Assembly: GCA_051745145.1 (NCBI GenBank)
Contig: JBNJDT010000011.1
Coordinates: 1-50,699 of the forward strand
Direction: 5' to 3'
DNA from: Elusimicrobiota bacterium
Lineage (GTDB): Bacteria; CG03; SLGR01; JAGXOG01
Length of the DNA stretch: 50,699 nucleotides
Shown: piece by piece, positions 1 through 9,849 of the stretch
Layout: every line of letters begins with the position of its first letter
Position numbering within the stretch: the first letter of the stretch is position 1
The notes under the pieces: model-generated
Database searches by the model: none
What the model was told of the DNA's origin: nothing
The model's input: only the letters and a program-made list of their open reading frames with translations
Made by a program: the position numbers and the translations under genes

Positions 1-87
1 TGGTGCCGAAGGTGGGATTCGAACCCACACAGGCGATAACCTACACGGACCTGAACCGTGCGCGTCTGCCAGTTCCGCCACTTCGGC
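1..87 (-). tRNA. tRNA-Leu (anticodon CAG)
   Basis: Reverse complement reads GCCGAAGTGGCGGAACTGGCAGACGCG-CACGG TT CAG GT CCGTG, then a long variable arm, GGTTCGAATCC T-loop and encoded CCA. Confidence 0.96.
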
Positions 88-102
88 GTTAAATTCGTTA
101 CT

Positions 103-131
103 ATTCTATGGTATAAATAAATTGTTGTCAA
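103..131 (-). promoter_or_regulatory. sigma70-type promoter for tRNA-Leu
   Basis: Minus strand TTGACA (131-126), 17 bp spacer, TAGAAT (108-103). Confidence 0.6.
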
Positions 132-160
132 GTCAGGCAAATTTTGATAATATTAATAAA

Positions 161-724
161 ATGTATAGAAAATTATATCATCTGTCCGGTTTACTGTTTC
201 CCGTTATTATGGCAATATTTTCTCAGCGTGCTGCTTTATATGTTGGGGTAATATTGTTTATAATTATATCTTGTTTTGATATTCTGCGGCTTTCTGTCGA
301 GAAAATTAATATATGGGTATTTAAAAAGCTGGGATTTATGTTTAAATCCAGGGAGTTTTATTCTTTCTCGGGAAGCACATTTTTTTTAGGCGGTGTGGTT
401 TTAACCTTACTGTTATTTTCTCCGGAACCCGCTGCCGGGGGGATTATTATATTAAGCGTTGGGGATATGAGTGCTGTACTTATCGGTGATAATCTGGGGG
501 AAAATGAGATTTTTAATAAAACCCTGGAAGGAACAGCCGGTTTTATTATTGTTACATCTTTGATATTAATTATATTGGAATTTCTGGGAGTATTTGATTT
601 GCCGTTATTAACTATAACCGGGGCGGTCTTTATCTGTGCTGTAATAGAATTGCTTCCGATGCGGATTGACGATAATCTACTCTTACCCGTTATGGGAGCG
701 GCACTGCTTTCTGTTTTAAGTTGA
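161..724 (+). CDS. SEC59/DGK1/VTE5-like CTP-dependent lipid (polyprenol/diacylglycerol) kinase, membrane protein
   Basis: RKLYHL N-terminal motif, GDMSAVLIG, KTLEG, DDNLLLP and several TM segments; ATG at 161 preferred over TTG at 122. Confidence 0.8.
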   Translation: MYRKLYHLSGLLFPVIMAIFSQRAALYVGVILFIIISCFDILRLSVEKINIWVFKKLGFMFKSREFYSFSGSTFFLGGVVLTLLLFSPEPAAGGIIILSVGDMSAVLIGDNLGENEIFNKTLEGTAGFIIVTSLILIILEFLGVFDLPLLTITGAVFICAVIELLPMRIDDNLLLPVMGAALLSVLS

Positions 725-1638
725 AAAATACAGGTAAAATTTTAATAACCGGGGCTAACGGTTTTATCGGCAGTCATCTGGCCGGACTTATGGTTGAAAG
801 AGACAGCCGGGTATACTGCATGGTAAGAGAAAGCTCTAATTTGAGATGGCTGGAAAAACTCGATGTAGAATACGTATATGCTGATCTTCTTAAACCGGAT
901 TCTCTTAAAAAAGCGGTTGAAGGTGTCGATGAAATATATCATCTGGCCGGGGCAGTAAGAGCGGTCTATAACAGTAAACTTTATAAAATTAATTACAGAG
1001 GAACAAAAAATCTGGTTGAGGCCGCCAAAAAGTATAACAGCCGGGTTAAAAAATTTACTTACGTTTCTTCCCAGTCGGCCTGGGGCCCGAAAAACAGGGG
1101 CCCGGTTTCTCATTACGGGAAGAGTAAGAAAAAAGCGGAGGATTGCGTAAAAAATTTAAAAAATTTTGCTATAGTAAGGCCGGCAGCTGTATACGGTCCG
1201 AGGGATAGAGATTTTCTGTCTTTATTTAGGACCGCCGAGTATGGTTTTTTTATTAAACCGCTGCAGGCGGGCAAATTAAATTTTATACATGTTAAAGACT
1301 GCACGCGGGGAATAGCAGATTCCCCGGCCGGCAAAGAAATATTTTTAAGTGACGGAAAAAATTACAGCTGGGATGAAGTGAAAAAAACTTTTGAGAAGAC
1401 TGTGGGAAGAAAGATTGTTACCCTGGTTTTACCTCGAAAATTTGTTGAAGCTATTGGGCACCTGGGCAGTATGACGGGAAAAATTACGGGAACTCCGCTG
1501 TCTTTAAATAAGGATAAAGTAAAAGAAATTTTAGCCGGGGATTGGGTTGTTCCAAAGAGTCCGGTTAATGTGGAGTTTCCCCTTGAAGAAGGCTTTAAAA
1601 ATACTTATAAATGGTATAAAGATAAAGGCTGGCTATAG
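721..1638 (+). CDS. NAD(P)-dependent epimerase/dehydratase (extended SDR); candidate ceramide reductase CerR
   Basis: GANGFIG Rossmann motif, SSQS, YGKSK catalytic motif, RPAAVYGP; next to SPT and bCerS-like genes. Confidence 0.85.
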   Translation: MKNTGKILITGANGFIGSHLAGLMVERDSRVYCMVRESSNLRWLEKLDVEYVYADLLKPDSLKKAVEGVDEIYHLAGAVRAVYNSKLYKINYRGTKNLVEAAKKYNSRVKKFTYVSSQSAWGPKNRGPVSHYGKSKKKAEDCVKNLKNFAIVRPAAVYGPRDRDFLSLFRTAEYGFFIKPLQAGKLNFIHVKDCTRGIADSPAGKEIFLSDGKNYSWDEVKKTFEKTVGRKIVTLVLPRKFVEAIGHLGSMTGKITGTPLSLNKDKVKEILAGDWVVPKSPVNVEFPLEEGFKNTYKWYKDKGWL

Positions 1639-1656
1639 AAAAAAAGGAGAAGATAC

Positions 1657-2940
1657 ATGACTGATTTATTTGATAAATGTAAAGAATTTACGGCGGCTAA
1701 AGAAATTCAGGAACTGGGATGCTATCCTTATTTCCACCAGGTAGAATCCGGTCAGGATCCGGTAGTTTCTATAGAAGGGAAAAAGATGATAATGATGGGG
1801 TCCAATAACTATTTGGGTCTTACCTCTCATTCAACTTTAAAGAAAGCCGCCAATAACGCCACTACCAAATACGGAGTGGGGTGTGTGGGTTCCAGGTTTT
1901 TAAACGGAACACTGGATATGCATGTCGATCTAGAAGAACGCCTTGCTGGTTTTGTGAATAAGGAATCCTCTCTCCTTTTTACCACGGGAATGCAGACCAA
2001 CCTGGGAGTTATCAGTGCTCTTGTCGGCAGAAAAGATGTGGTAATTACCGATAAATACGATCATGCCTCCATAATAGACGGGTGCCGGCTTTCCTACGGC
2101 CAGCTGGAAAGGTATCGCCATAATGATATGGATGAATTAAAAGATATCTTGGAAAAACACGGAAAAGATACCGGGAAACTCATTGTAGTTGACGGAGTTT
2201 TTAGTATGGAAGGGGATCTGGCCGACTTACCCAATATAGTGCCCCTGGCTAAAGAGTACAATGCCCGGATCCTGGTTGACGATGCCCATGGTATAGGAGT
2301 GATGGGGGAAAACGGCCGGGGGACCGCGGAACATTTTGGGCTGGAGGATGAGATAGATCTTATAGTGGGAACATTTTCTAAAGCTTTTGCTTCTACAGGT
2401 GGTTTTGTCGCCGGTGACGAGGATATTATACATTTTTTAAAACACAATGCCCGTTCCCTTATTTTTTCCGCCTCCCCCTCTCCGGCAAACGTTGCTTCGG
2501 TGAAGGAAGCCTTAAAGATTGTCAAGAAAAAATCTATACGGAGGGAGGACCTGTGGGAAAATACCCGCAGGCTCAGAGAAGGGTTTGAAAAACTTGGATT
2601 TAATACCGGCGAAAGCGTGACTCCTATAATTCCGTTAATAGTGGGAGACAATGAAGCCGCTTTTAAAATGTGGCGTGGACTATTTGACAACGGAATTTTT
2701 ACTACGCCGGTAGTGTCTCCGGCTGTGCCTGAAAACCGGGCTTTAATAAGGGTGTCGGTCATGGCTACTTTTAATCAAAATCATATAGATATGGCTCTCA
2801 CCGTATGCGGAGAAGTCGGTAAAGAGCTGGGAATAATTGACGGAGATGTGGATATTGAAGTGGCCCGGAGCGGACCGCTTACTATGGGAAATAAATTTAA
2901 AAATTGGATGAAGGATCTTTGGAGATACCGATGGAAATAA
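1657..2940 (+). CDS. spt: Serine palmitoyltransferase (alpha-oxoamine synthase family, PLP)
   Basis: GCYPYF N-terminus, GSNNYLGLT, GSRFLNGT, DHASI, DGVFSMEGD, DDAH, GTFSK (PLP Lys), IFSAS; resembles Bacteroidota-type SPT more than BioF/Kbl; SD AAGGAG. Confidence 0.8.
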   Translation: MTDLFDKCKEFTAAKEIQELGCYPYFHQVESGQDPVVSIEGKKMIMMGSNNYLGLTSHSTLKKAANNATTKYGVGCVGSRFLNGTLDMHVDLEERLAGFVNKESSLLFTTGMQTNLGVISALVGRKDVVITDKYDHASIIDGCRLSYGQLERYRHNDMDELKDILEKHGKDTGKLIVVDGVFSMEGDLADLPNIVPLAKEYNARILVDDAHGIGVMGENGRGTAEHFGLEDEIDLIVGTFSKAFASTGGFVAGDEDIIHFLKHNARSLIFSASPSPANVASVKEALKIVKKKSIRREDLWENTRRLREGFEKLGFNTGESVTPIIPLIVGDNEAAFKMWRGLFDNGIFTTPVVSPAVPENRALIRVSVMATFNQNHIDMALTVCGEVGKELGIIDGDVDIEVARSGPLTMGNKFKNWMKDLWRYRWK

Positions 2941-4043
2941 AAACTGTAAATTCAAAAAAAGATTTTAAAAAATTTATACATCTACCCGATAAATTTTATG
3001 AAGGGGATGAAAACTGGGTTCCGGATCTGGATATGGATATAAAACATACACTCACTGAAGAAAATCCTTTTTTTGAACACGCTCAAAAGAAATTATTTAT
3101 TGCATATAAAGATGGAGTTCCGGTAGGGCGTATTGCGGCGGTTATAGATTGGAATTTTGTAGAATTCCAGGAAGAACATACCGGATTTTTTGGTTTTTTT
3201 GAGTGTATCGATGATTTTCAGGTGGCAGAAGAACTTTTCAGGGAAGCTGAAAAATATTTAAAGAAGAATAAAATGAATAAAGTAATAGGACCGATGAATC
3301 CTTCTTCAAATGACAAGTGCGGAATGTTAATAGAGGGATTTGACTCTCCCCCGCGGATAATGATGTCCTATAACCCGGACTATTATAATGGTTTGCTGGA
3401 AAAAAATAATTACAGCAAAGCTAAAGACCTTGTAGCTATGAATATGGATGTATCCGGCGGACCCCGCGGACGCCTGGAAAGAATTGCAAAAAAAATAAAA
3501 AAGAAGTATCCCCAGCTTAGATCCCGGCCGATAAATTTAAAAGATTTTGAAAATGAGGTAAAAAGAGTCAGGGAAATTTATAATGCCGCCTGGGAAAAAA
3601 ACTGGGGTTTTGTACCGTGGACAAAAGAAGAAATTGAAGATTTAGCCCAAATGTTAAAGCCCCTGGTGGTAGAAGAACTTCTTCAGATAGGGTTCTGGAA
3701 GGAACAGCCGGTAGGTTTTCTGCTGGCTTTACCGGACTACAATGAAGTTATTAAAAGAACGGGCCGCAGTTTATTTCCCTTTGGCTGGCTGAAATTTTTA
3801 TACTATAGAAATAAAATAAATAATTTACGGCTTCTGGCCATGGGGGTAAAAAAAGAGTTCCAGAATAAAGGCGTGGGACCGCTGATGTACTATAATTCAT
3901 TAGTGCAGGCCATGAAACTCGGATATGAGGAATGCGAATTTTCCTGGATTCTGGAGGATAATGAAGATACTATAAAAATCGGAAAAATGATGGGGGCCAA
4001 AATTTATAAAAAATACCGTATTTATAGAAAAAATTTGACATAA
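2931..4043 (+). CDS. bcerS: YghO-like GNAT N-acyltransferase; bacterial ceramide synthase-like
   Basis: NWVP..NPFF, GRIAA, GFFGFFE, GPMN, YNPDYY, WEKNWGFVP, SWILEDN, KKYRIY motifs; ATG at 2931 with GGAG SD, overlapping the spt 3' end. Confidence 0.75.
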   Translation: MEIKTVNSKKDFKKFIHLPDKFYEGDENWVPDLDMDIKHTLTEENPFFEHAQKKLFIAYKDGVPVGRIAAVIDWNFVEFQEEHTGFFGFFECIDDFQVAEELFREAEKYLKKNKMNKVIGPMNPSSNDKCGMLIEGFDSPPRIMMSYNPDYYNGLLEKNNYSKAKDLVAMNMDVSGGPRGRLERIAKKIKKKYPQLRSRPINLKDFENEVKRVREIYNAAWEKNWGFVPWTKEEIEDLAQMLKPLVVEELLQIGFWKEQPVGFLLALPDYNEVIKRTGRSLFPFGWLKFLYYRNKINNLRLLAMGVKKEFQNKGVGPLMYYNSLVQAMKLGYEECEFSWILEDNEDTIKIGKMMGAKIYKKYRIYRKNLT

Positions 4044-4062
4044 AAAGGGAAATTAATATAAT
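4035..4062 (+). promoter_or_regulatory. sigma70 promoter for grpE-dnaK-dnaJ
   Basis: TTGACA (4035-4040), 16 bp spacer, TATAAT (4057-4062). Confidence 0.7.
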
Positions 4063-4166
4063 TTAAATTTATGAGAAAACCAATCATAAGTTACTTTCCA
4101 GAGGAATTATAATTAATAACAAATTCAATAAAACGGGAGGAATTATAAAACACAGCTATAATAGTA

Positions 4167-4703
4167 ATGAATAAAAAGAAAAAAGATAAAAATTCAGCCG
4201 GAAAAAAAGAGCTTGACAAATTACAGGAAAAATTAACTGATTCTAAAGAAGAGATAGAAAATCTTCGTGAAGAATTAGAAGCGAAGGAAGAAGAGGTAGA
4301 CGAGTATCTGGAACAGTCCCAGAGAATAAAGGCTGAATTTATGAATTATAAAAAACGGGTGGCCCGGATTTCATCCGAGGATATGGAAAGAGGTGCTAAG
4401 GAATTAGCCGGGGATCTTTTAGTAATACTTGATAATTTAGAAAGAGCTCTTGATTCAGAAGATGTGGATTTAGAAGGCATAGATTTAATTAGCAGAGAGT
4501 TTTATAATATTCTAAAAAAACGGGGGGTAAGGAAAATGGAGGCGGAAGGCGAGAAATTTGATCATAACTATCATCATGCGATAAGTTATGTAGAAGACGA
4601 AAATAGTGAAGATAATACAATTGTTGAAGTGTTGGAGCCGGGGTACTTTTGGAAAGATAAAGTATTAAGGCCGGCAAAAGTAGTGGTGTCTAAAAAGAAA
4701 TAA
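4167..4703 (+). CDS. grpE: Nucleotide exchange factor GrpE
   Basis: [39 protein letters not shown]; directly upstream of dnaK. Confidence 0.96.
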   Translation: MNKKKKDKNSAGKKELDKLQEKLTDSKEEIENLREELEAKEEEVDEYLEQSQRIKAEFMNYKKRVARISSEDMERGAKELAGDLLVILDNLERALDSEDVDLEGIDLISREFYNILKKRGVRKMEAEGEKFDHNYHHAISYVEDENSEDNTIVEVLEPGYFWKDKVLRPAKVVVSKKK

Positions 4704-4717
4704 CCAGGAGGTTTAAA

Positions 4718-6706
4718 ATGGCTATATTAGGAATAGATTTAGGAACAACAAATTCATGTATGGCAATAATAGAAGGTGGAGAACCGGAAGTTATAACAAA
4801 TGCCGAGGGTAACAGGACCACCCCATCGGTTGTTGCATTTACAGAAGAGGGAGAAGAGCTTGTAGGTCAGGTTGCTAAAAGGCAGGCTATAACTAATTCT
4901 GAAAATACAGTTTTTTCGGTAAAAAGATTTATGGGCAGAAAACTGAACTCGGATTCAATCAGTGAAGATAAAAAGCATATACCCTACAAACTCTCGAAAG
5001 CGGATAACGGCGATGTGAGAATTAATATTAAAGGAAGAGATTATTCTCCCTCCGAGATATCGGCAAAAATTCTACAGAAACTTAAAAGGGATGCTGAGGC
5101 GCATATCGATCAGGAAATAACGGAAGCTGTTATTACAGTGCCCGCTTATTTTAATGATTCCCAGCGTAAAGCTACCAAGCAGGCGGGAAAAATTGCCGGT
5201 CTGGAAGTAAAAAGGATAATTAATGAGCCCACGGCGGCGGCACTGTCTTACGGTTTGCAGAAAAAACAGGATATAAAGATAGCTGTATTTGATTTAGGTG
5301 GCGGAACGTTTGATATCTCTATTTTGCAGGGTTCCGCGGAAGAAGAAACTAACGTTATAGAGGTTCTTTCTACAAATGGAGATACCCATCTTGGCGGCGA
5401 TGATTTTGATCAGAGGATTATGAACTGGATGGCCGATGAATTCAAGAAAGATCAGGGAATAGATCTAAGGAAAGACGAGCAGGCAAAGCAAAGGATAAAA
5501 GAGGCTGCCGAAAAAGCAAAATGTGAACTTTCTTCAACTAATAAGACTGAAATTAATATACCGTATGTAACCGCGGACGAAAGCGGGCCCAAGCATCTTA
5601 ATTTGACTTTATCACGGGCCAAACTTGAATCCCTGGTTGAAGATCTTATAGAAAAGACTGTGGCTCCCTGTAGAAACGCCTTATCTGATTCCGGACTGGA
5701 TTCTAAAGATATAAACGAAGTGGTTTTAGTAGGGGGGCAGACTAGAATGCCTATGGTTCAGGAAAAAGTTGAGGAACTTTTTGGGACTAAACCTCACAAA
5801 GGTATAAATCCGGATGAAGTTGTTGCCACAGGGGCAGCAATACAGGCGGGAGTTTTAGGCGGTGAAGTTAAAGATGTACTGCTTTTGGATGTAACTCCAC
5901 TTACATTGGGGATTGAGACTTTAGGCGGCGTTATGACGCCTTTAATTGAAAGGAATACCACTATCCCGGCTAAGAAGAAAAAGACTTTTTCCACCGCTCA
6001 GGATAACCAGTCGGCAGTAACCGTTCACGTACTGCAGGGTGAGAGAAAAATGGCCTCCGATAATAAATCGCTGGGCCAGTTTGAACTTACCGGGATTCCG
6101 CCCGCTCCCCGCGGGGTACCCCAGATTGAAGTAGAATTCGATATTGATGCCGACGGAATAATGCATGTATCTGCCAAAGACAAGGGAACCGGAAAAGAAC
6201 AGTCAATAACTATTAAATCCCCCAGCGGCCTGTCCGAGGAAGAAGTGGAAGATCTGGTTAAAGAAGCTAAAGAACACGAAGAAGAAGATAAGAAGAAAAA
6301 AGAACTGGTAGAAGCCAGGAATAAACTGGAATCTCTTATATACAGTGTTGAAAAAAGTATGAAAGAACACGATGATAAGATAGATGATGATGTCAAAAAT
6401 AAGATAAAAGACGAAATAAAAGACGCCCGGAAAAAACTAGAGGCAGAAGATAAGGATGAGATAGAAAAAGCTACTGAAAAGCTGTCTGATGCTTCTCAGG
6501 AAATATCTAAGTTTATCTACCAGCAGGCAAAACAGCAGGGCGGTCCTCAAGGTCCTCAGGGTCCTCAAGGTCCCCAGGCTCAAGCCCAGCAGGGTCCTCA
6601 GGCCGAACAGACCCAGTCGGCCGGCGGCCAGAAAGAGGCCGACGAGGAAGAAGACGTGGTAGATGCCGACTACGAAGTAGAAGACGACGACGAGAACGAC
6701 AAATAA
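4718..6706 (+). CDS. dnaK: Chaperone DnaK (Hsp70)
   Basis: [32 protein letters not shown]; carries the diderm-type N-terminal insert. Confidence 0.99.
   Translation: MAILGIDLGTTNSCMAIIEGGEPEVITNAEGNRTTPSVVAFTEEGEELVGQVAKRQAITNSENTVFSVKRFMGRKLNSDSISEDKKHIPYKLSKADNGDVRINIKGRDYSPSEISAKILQKLKRDAEAHIDQEITEAVITVPAYFNDSQRKATKQAGKIAGLEVKRIINEPTAAALSYGLQKKQDIKIAVFDLGGGTFDISILQGSAEEETNVIEVLSTNGDTHLGGDDFDQRIMNWMADEFKKDQGIDLRKDEQAKQRIKEAAEKAKCELSSTNKTEINIPYVTADESGPKHLNLTLSRAKLESLVEDLIEKTVAPCRNALSDSGLDSKDINEVVLVGGQTRMPMVQEKVEELFGTKPHKGINPDEVVATGAAIQAGVLGGEVKDVLLLDVTPLTLGIETLGGVMTPLIERNTTIPAKKKKTFSTAQDNQSAVTVHVLQGERKMASDNKSLGQFELTGIPPAPRGVPQIEVEFDIDADGIMHVSAKDKGTGKEQSITIKSPSGLSEEEVEDLVKEAKEHEEEDKKKKELVEARNKLESLIYSVEKSMKEHDDKIDDDVKNKIKDEIKDARKKLEAEDKDEIEKATEKLSDASQEISKFIYQQAKQQGGPQGPQGPQGPQAQAQQGPQAEQTQSAGGQKEADEEEDVVDADYEVEDDDENDK
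6542..6577 (+). repeat. 4 x 9-bp tandem repeat encoding (GPQ)4 in the DnaK tail
   Basis: ggtcctcaa ggtcctcag ggtcctcaa ggtccccag. Confidence 0.9.
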
Positions 6707-6724
6707 TATTACAGTTGGCTTAAA

Positions 6725-7870
6725 TTGAGTTCAAAAGATTACTATGATATTCTAGGGGTATCCAAAGATGCCTCTCAGGATGAGATAAAGAAGGCCTACC
6801 GCAAGCTGGCTTTAAAATACCATCCCGACCGAACCGACGGTGATGAGGAATCTCAGGAAAAATTCAAGGAGATAAATCAGGCCTACGAGGTTTTAAGTGA
6901 TACTGAAAAACGTAAAAAATACGACCGGTTCGGTGAAAAAGGTGTGGATATGGGAGCCGGCGGTCAGGGAGCCGGTTTTGAAGGCTTTGGGAATTTTGGC
7001 CAGGGTGGTGGCGGAGCCGGCGGCTTCGGAAATTTTTCAGATATTTTTGAAGAAATATTCGGTGGCGGCGGAAGAACTACTTCCCGCACCCGCCGCTCGG
7101 CCCGAAGTTCCCGCCGGGCTTCAAAAGGCAGCTCCCTGCGGCTGGATTATGATATTTCTCTAGAAGATGCGGCCAAGGGCAAAAAAGTTAAGTTAAAAGT
7201 TTTAAGACAGGATCCCTGCCCCGATTGTGAGGGCACGGGCGGCGATGTCAGTACCTGCCCGGAATGTAACGGACAGGGTGCTGTACAGGGGGGGAGCGGA
7301 TTTTTCAGGATTCAGCAAACCTGCCCCAAGTGTAAGGGCCAGGGAAAAGTTGTTACCAATCCGTGTTCCAGTTGCCGGGGAACGGGTTTAACCGGAAATA
7401 AAGACACAATCTCGGTGAAGATCCCGGCCGGAGTTAAGGACGGGATGACTTTAAGGATATCCGGGGAGGGAAATGCCGGACGGCACAACGGTCCGCGGGG
7501 GGATATTTTTGTCAACATATCTGTAAAACCCCATGAAACTTTACAGCGTAAAGGAAATGATTTATACACTAAAGTAAAAATAACTTTTCCCGAGGCGGTA
7601 TTTGGCAGTTCCCGAAAGATTGATACTTTAAACGGCAAGAAGAAGGTTAAAATTCCCGCCGGTATTCAATCCGGCACAAAGTTGCGGTTAAAAAAAGAAG
7701 GGATGCCTTCTTTAAAGGGATATGGGAAAGGACATCTGTTTGTTGAAGTAAAGATTAAAACGCCTAAAAACCTCAATAAAAAGGCCAAAGAAGCCTTAAA
7801 AGAGTATGCCAGCCACATGAACCAGGATGATTATTCTTCTTCCTGGTGGAAAAAAATTTTTAATGATTGA
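6725..7870 (+). CDS. dnaJ: Chaperone DnaJ
   Basis: J-domain HPD, G/F-rich region, four CxxCxGxG repeats; TTG start. Confidence 0.98.
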   Translation: MSSKDYYDILGVSKDASQDEIKKAYRKLALKYHPDRTDGDEESQEKFKEINQAYEVLSDTEKRKKYDRFGEKGVDMGAGGQGAGFEGFGNFGQGGGGAGGFGNFSDIFEEIFGGGGRTTSRTRRSARSSRRASKGSSLRLDYDISLEDAAKGKKVKLKVLRQDPCPDCEGTGGDVSTCPECNGQGAVQGGSGFFRIQQTCPKCKGQGKVVTNPCSSCRGTGLTGNKDTISVKIPAGVKDGMTLRISGEGNAGRHNGPRGDIFVNISVKPHETLQRKGNDLYTKVKITFPEAVFGSSRKIDTLNGKKKVKIPAGIQSGTKLRLKKEGMPSLKGYGKGHLFVEVKIKTPKNLNKKAKEALKEYASHMNQDDYSSSWWKKIFND

Positions 7871-7879
7871 GAAATACCC

Positions 7880-8602
7880 TTGATAAAGATTTTCGTTGAT
7901 GATGTACTTCGGGTTGGGGAAACAATTGAAATAAACAGTTATAATCAACATCATCTGCAGGTTGTGGGTAAAAGCCCGGGGGAAATTGTAAGGCTGGGGG
8001 ACAGCAGTTGCAAAGAGTATCTTGGCGAAATCTTGAGTTTTTCAAAATACGTTGGCTCAATAAAAATAAAAAAAGAAGTCCCTGACGTACCCTCTCCCAA
8101 AAGAGAAGTGGATCTATATATTTCAGTTCCCAAATCCGATAAATTAGAAGAAGTGGTTTTTAGATGCACCCAGGTGGGGATTTCCAAATTCATACCGGTG
8201 ATAAGCGAAAGAACAGTTAAAAAAATTAATGCCCGCAACAGATCGAAAATTTACCGGCGTCTGGAAAAAAAAGCAAGGCACGGCGCTGAACTTACCGGAA
8301 GAGAAAAGATACCTTCGATAGGGCCGCCTCTGAATTTCAGGGAGGCTTTAAAAAAATATAGCGAAAAAAGATACGGCAGCGGTATATTTATGTGGGTAAA
8401 CGAAAAGTCCGGCAGGGTAACTAAAAAAGACCTGGTTTCTCCCGTGGCTTTATTTATCGGACCGGAAGGGGGTTATACTGACAAAGAGGCCGTCCAGGCC
8501 GGGGAGGCGGGTTTAAAATGTTGTTCTCTTGGTCCTATGGCAATGGATGTTGAGACAGCAGCCATAGTTTCTTCCTCACAAATATTGTTAAATAACGGAT
8601 AA
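7880..8602 (+). CDS. rsmE: 16S rRNA m3U1498 methyltransferase RsmE
   Basis: FIGPEGG and LGP...VETA SPOUT motifs; usual position after dnaJ. Confidence 0.9.
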   Translation: MIKIFVDDVLRVGETIEINSYNQHHLQVVGKSPGEIVRLGDSSCKEYLGEILSFSKYVGSIKIKKEVPDVPSPKREVDLYISVPKSDKLEEVVFRCTQVGISKFIPVISERTVKKINARNRSKIYRRLEKKARHGAELTGREKIPSIGPPLNFREALKKYSEKRYGSGIFMWVNEKSGRVTKKDLVSPVALFIGPEGGYTDKEAVQAGEAGLKCCSLGPMAMDVETAAIVSSSQILLNNG

Positions 8603-8607
8603 AAATA

Positions 8608-9789
8608 ATGGAAGGTCTAAATTTTTTTATAAAGGATTTCGGGTGCAAAGTTAATCAGTATAATTCGAGAATAGTACGAGATAATCTCTCTCGATTAGGG
8701 TATAATTATTCCTCACTGGAAAAAGCTGAAGTTGTTATTATAAATACCTGTTCGGTAACCCACAGAGCTACCGGAAAAGGGCTTAAATATTGCCGCCGGA
8801 TAAAAAGAAAGTATCCTTCTAAAGAAGTGCTGGCTATGGGTTGCAGTACGAGGTATGTACCCGAAAAATTTGAAAAAGACAATATCAATATATTGAGGCA
8901 ATTTCTTTTCATTGACAATCCTAACGGAAATCTGGATGAATTTTACAGTCATACCCGGGGTTTTATAAATTTACAGCAGGGCTGTCACGGGGGGTGTAAA
9001 TATTGTACGGTAAAAGATTTGAAGTCGCCTTTTTATATAAAATCCGCAGAAGACGCAAAAAAAGAAATTGAAAAGCTCATTAAAAGACATCCTGAAGTAG
9101 TTTTAACTGCCACTAATTTTAAGGAATACCATCCCCTGCTTGAGCTTGCGGAGAAATTAAAAAATTTGCATAAAAATTTTAGGTGGCGGTTTAGTTCGAT
9201 GCATCCCGGTTCTCTTTCTCAAAAATTATTAAAAATTTTAAAATATGATTCGAAGTTCTGTCCCCATTTTCATATTCCTGTTCAGAGCGGGAGTAATTCA
9301 GTTTTAAAAAAAATGAATCGGGGATATTCAATATCGGATGTGGAGAAGGGTTTAAGAATGGTCCGGGAAAATTTTAAAGTGGCCGGTTTTTCCTATGATA
9401 TAATAACCGGGTTTCCCGGAGAGAAAGAGGAGGATCATCGTAAAACCAAAAATTTTTTAAAAAAATTCCCCCCGGTTAAAGTTCATATATTCCGGTATTC
9501 TGACCGTCCGGGTACCCCGGCAGCTGAATTTGATAATAAAGTGCCGGAGAGGATAAAGAAAAAAAGGATGGATGAATTGAGAACTTTGAGCTTGGATTTA
9601 AGGAAGAATATTTTTAAAAATTCTGTTGGTAAAATAAAAGAGATAGTGCCGGAGGGCCCCGGAAAATTTGGCTATACGCGCGATTATATGCCGGTAAGTT
9701 TGAATACAGATACCGAAAAAAATGGACGTTTTTTAAAAATAGAAATCACCGATTGTAAAAAAAATAAGTTAATTGGAAAAACTGTTTAA
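8608..9789 (+). CDS. mtaB: Radical SAM methylthiotransferase, MtaB-like
   Basis: GCKVNQY, NTCSVT, CxxxCxxC (CHGGCKYC), HIPVQSGS, DIITGFPGE, YSDRPGT; dnaJ-rsmE-mtaB synteny. Confidence 0.8.
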   Translation: MEGLNFFIKDFGCKVNQYNSRIVRDNLSRLGYNYSSLEKAEVVIINTCSVTHRATGKGLKYCRRIKRKYPSKEVLAMGCSTRYVPEKFEKDNINILRQFLFIDNPNGNLDEFYSHTRGFINLQQGCHGGCKYCTVKDLKSPFYIKSAEDAKKEIEKLIKRHPEVVLTATNFKEYHPLLELAEKLKNLHKNFRWRFSSMHPGSLSQKLLKILKYDSKFCPHFHIPVQSGSNSVLKKMNRGYSISDVEKGLRMVRENFKVAGFSYDIITGFPGEKEEDHRKTKNFLKKFPPVKVHIFRYSDRPGTPAAEFDNKVPERIKKKRMDELRTLSLDLRKNIFKNSVGKIKEIVPEGPGKFGYTRDYMPVSLNTDTEKNGRFLKIEITDCKKNKLIGKTV

Positions 9790-9849
9790 AAAAAACGCAG
9801 CTGCTAAAATTTGAAAAATAGGAAAAAGTGTGTTAGTACTTAAAGAACA

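Noticed and set aside
2094..2762. 222-aa minus-strand ORF and similar antisense ORFs (e.g. 15109-15525, 18983-19378, 28561-29085, 32585-32968)
   Set aside because: They are shadow ORFs opposite well-supported genes, with Ser/Ile/Phe-rich composition and no recognisable motifs
1657..2940. Annotation as BioF (8-amino-7-oxononanoate synthase) or Kbl
   Set aside because: No bio or tdh genes are adjacent; the YPYF, GSRFLNGT and GTFSK motifs and the bCerS/CerR-like neighbours favour SPT, although this is not formally proven
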